A stretch of DNA of 64,000 bases from contig CM059432.1 of the NCBI GenBank assembly GCA_030390025.1, positions 38,814,001 through 38,878,000 on the forward strand, in the 5' to 3' direction. This document shows positions 63,046 through 64,000 of the stretch, in pieces (the stretch's first letter is position 1; each line of letters begins with the position of its first letter). The notes beneath the pieces were generated by a model. It was given only the letters and a program-made list of their open reading frames with translations. It was not told the origin of the DNA and made no database searches. The DNA comes from Squalus acanthias. Lineage: Eukaryota. Made by a program: the position numbers and the translations under genes.

Positions 63046-64000
63046 TGTAAAAGAATGAGCCATACCTATTCAGAAAAATACACCATCCTATGAACAGAAT
63101 TCTGACATTATTAAAATATGACAAACTGGGTTTAAAAATCTAAACGCCTCAATGACACAAAGCTGTAAATACAGGCTTCTGAGATAAGATGAGTCACAAA
63201 GCTGTAAACACCATTCAAGCTTTTGAAATGGGAATTGGTTGTTGACACTGGAACAATGGCCCTATTGAGGCAAAGGGTTGGAGTTTCCAAGAAGTCTGCA
63301 GTTTGGAACCAACACAATAGCTATACCCAGTTTAAAGTGTTATAAACTAACACTTCGAACAGAAACACAGAACATTAAAGAAACATGTGCCTTTGTAAAA
63401 GTAATATCAAATGAAAGACAGGAGACATAAGTTTGTAATACAACCAATTGAAGTAGCTAGGAAAACAATCATTTACTCGGTTGAAGTGGGTTTAAATTTA
63501 CATGTTGTAAAAGATACAAACAAAAGACTTTGTAAATATGACATCAATAGATGCACCAAGCAATCACATTGTGTTTGTATTGAACTTGGAACAGTTAGGA
63601 GACACGACGTCTGCTTATAACCAGCTGAGGTGATTTAAGAATTCCAATAGAAGACCTTCGTAAGAATGGCATCAAATAGATACATCTGTCATAACCATTT
63701 TTTATGATAAATTTTGAACACCTAAGGGTAGAGACAGAATTCTGCAAGTTAACAGCTGAATTGACAGTAAGAGTAGAAAGAAGTCAACAGAAAGATGACT
63801 AGAGATAATTAGCTTACATCAGCAGAAAACTTCAAAGAATATACCACTGAGAAAGGGTATAAAATATAGAGCTTTCAGATAGGAAGTCAGAATTCGCTGG
63901 AAGGGGCAAGCGATTCTCAACTTCAGAGGCAAGCTCTGTAAGTTTTCAACTCTGAGTCTCGGGTAATCAAAGGTATTTGATTTTGGTGGATTTTCTGGAT

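Overview
This is eukaryotic, vertebrate DNA. The repeat families (CR1, L2, Deu-domain SINEs, RTE, Penelope) suggest a cartilaginous fish such as a shark; that assignment is inference. The window holds the conserved PTDSS1 <-> MTERF3 -> UQCRB block. PTDSS1 coding exons 1-4 lie on the minus strand and the gene runs off the left edge. MTERF3 is complete (7 coding exons, 1242 nt, 413 aa) and UQCRB is complete (4 exons, 336 nt, 111 aa), both on plus. All splice sites are GT-AG and the phases join in frame. Introns are mostly nested retroelements and MITEs. The most interesting non-genic structures are: (1) a G-rich 40-bp minisatellite at the MTERF3 side of the bidirectional promoter, in which each unit carries a splice-donor-like motif and four units add an upstream ATG; (2) three Penelope-like insertions with minimal hammerhead-ribozyme motifs and fold-back geometry; (3) a 4x37-bp NRF1-like repeat at the UQCRB promoter; (4) a twin-primed RTE; (5) a multi-layer TE nest containing a solo LTR; (6) three independent insertions into the same short motif of a CR1 3' end. 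TE boundaries are approximate unless a TSD is quoted. No prokaryotic systems or CRISPR arrays were seen.
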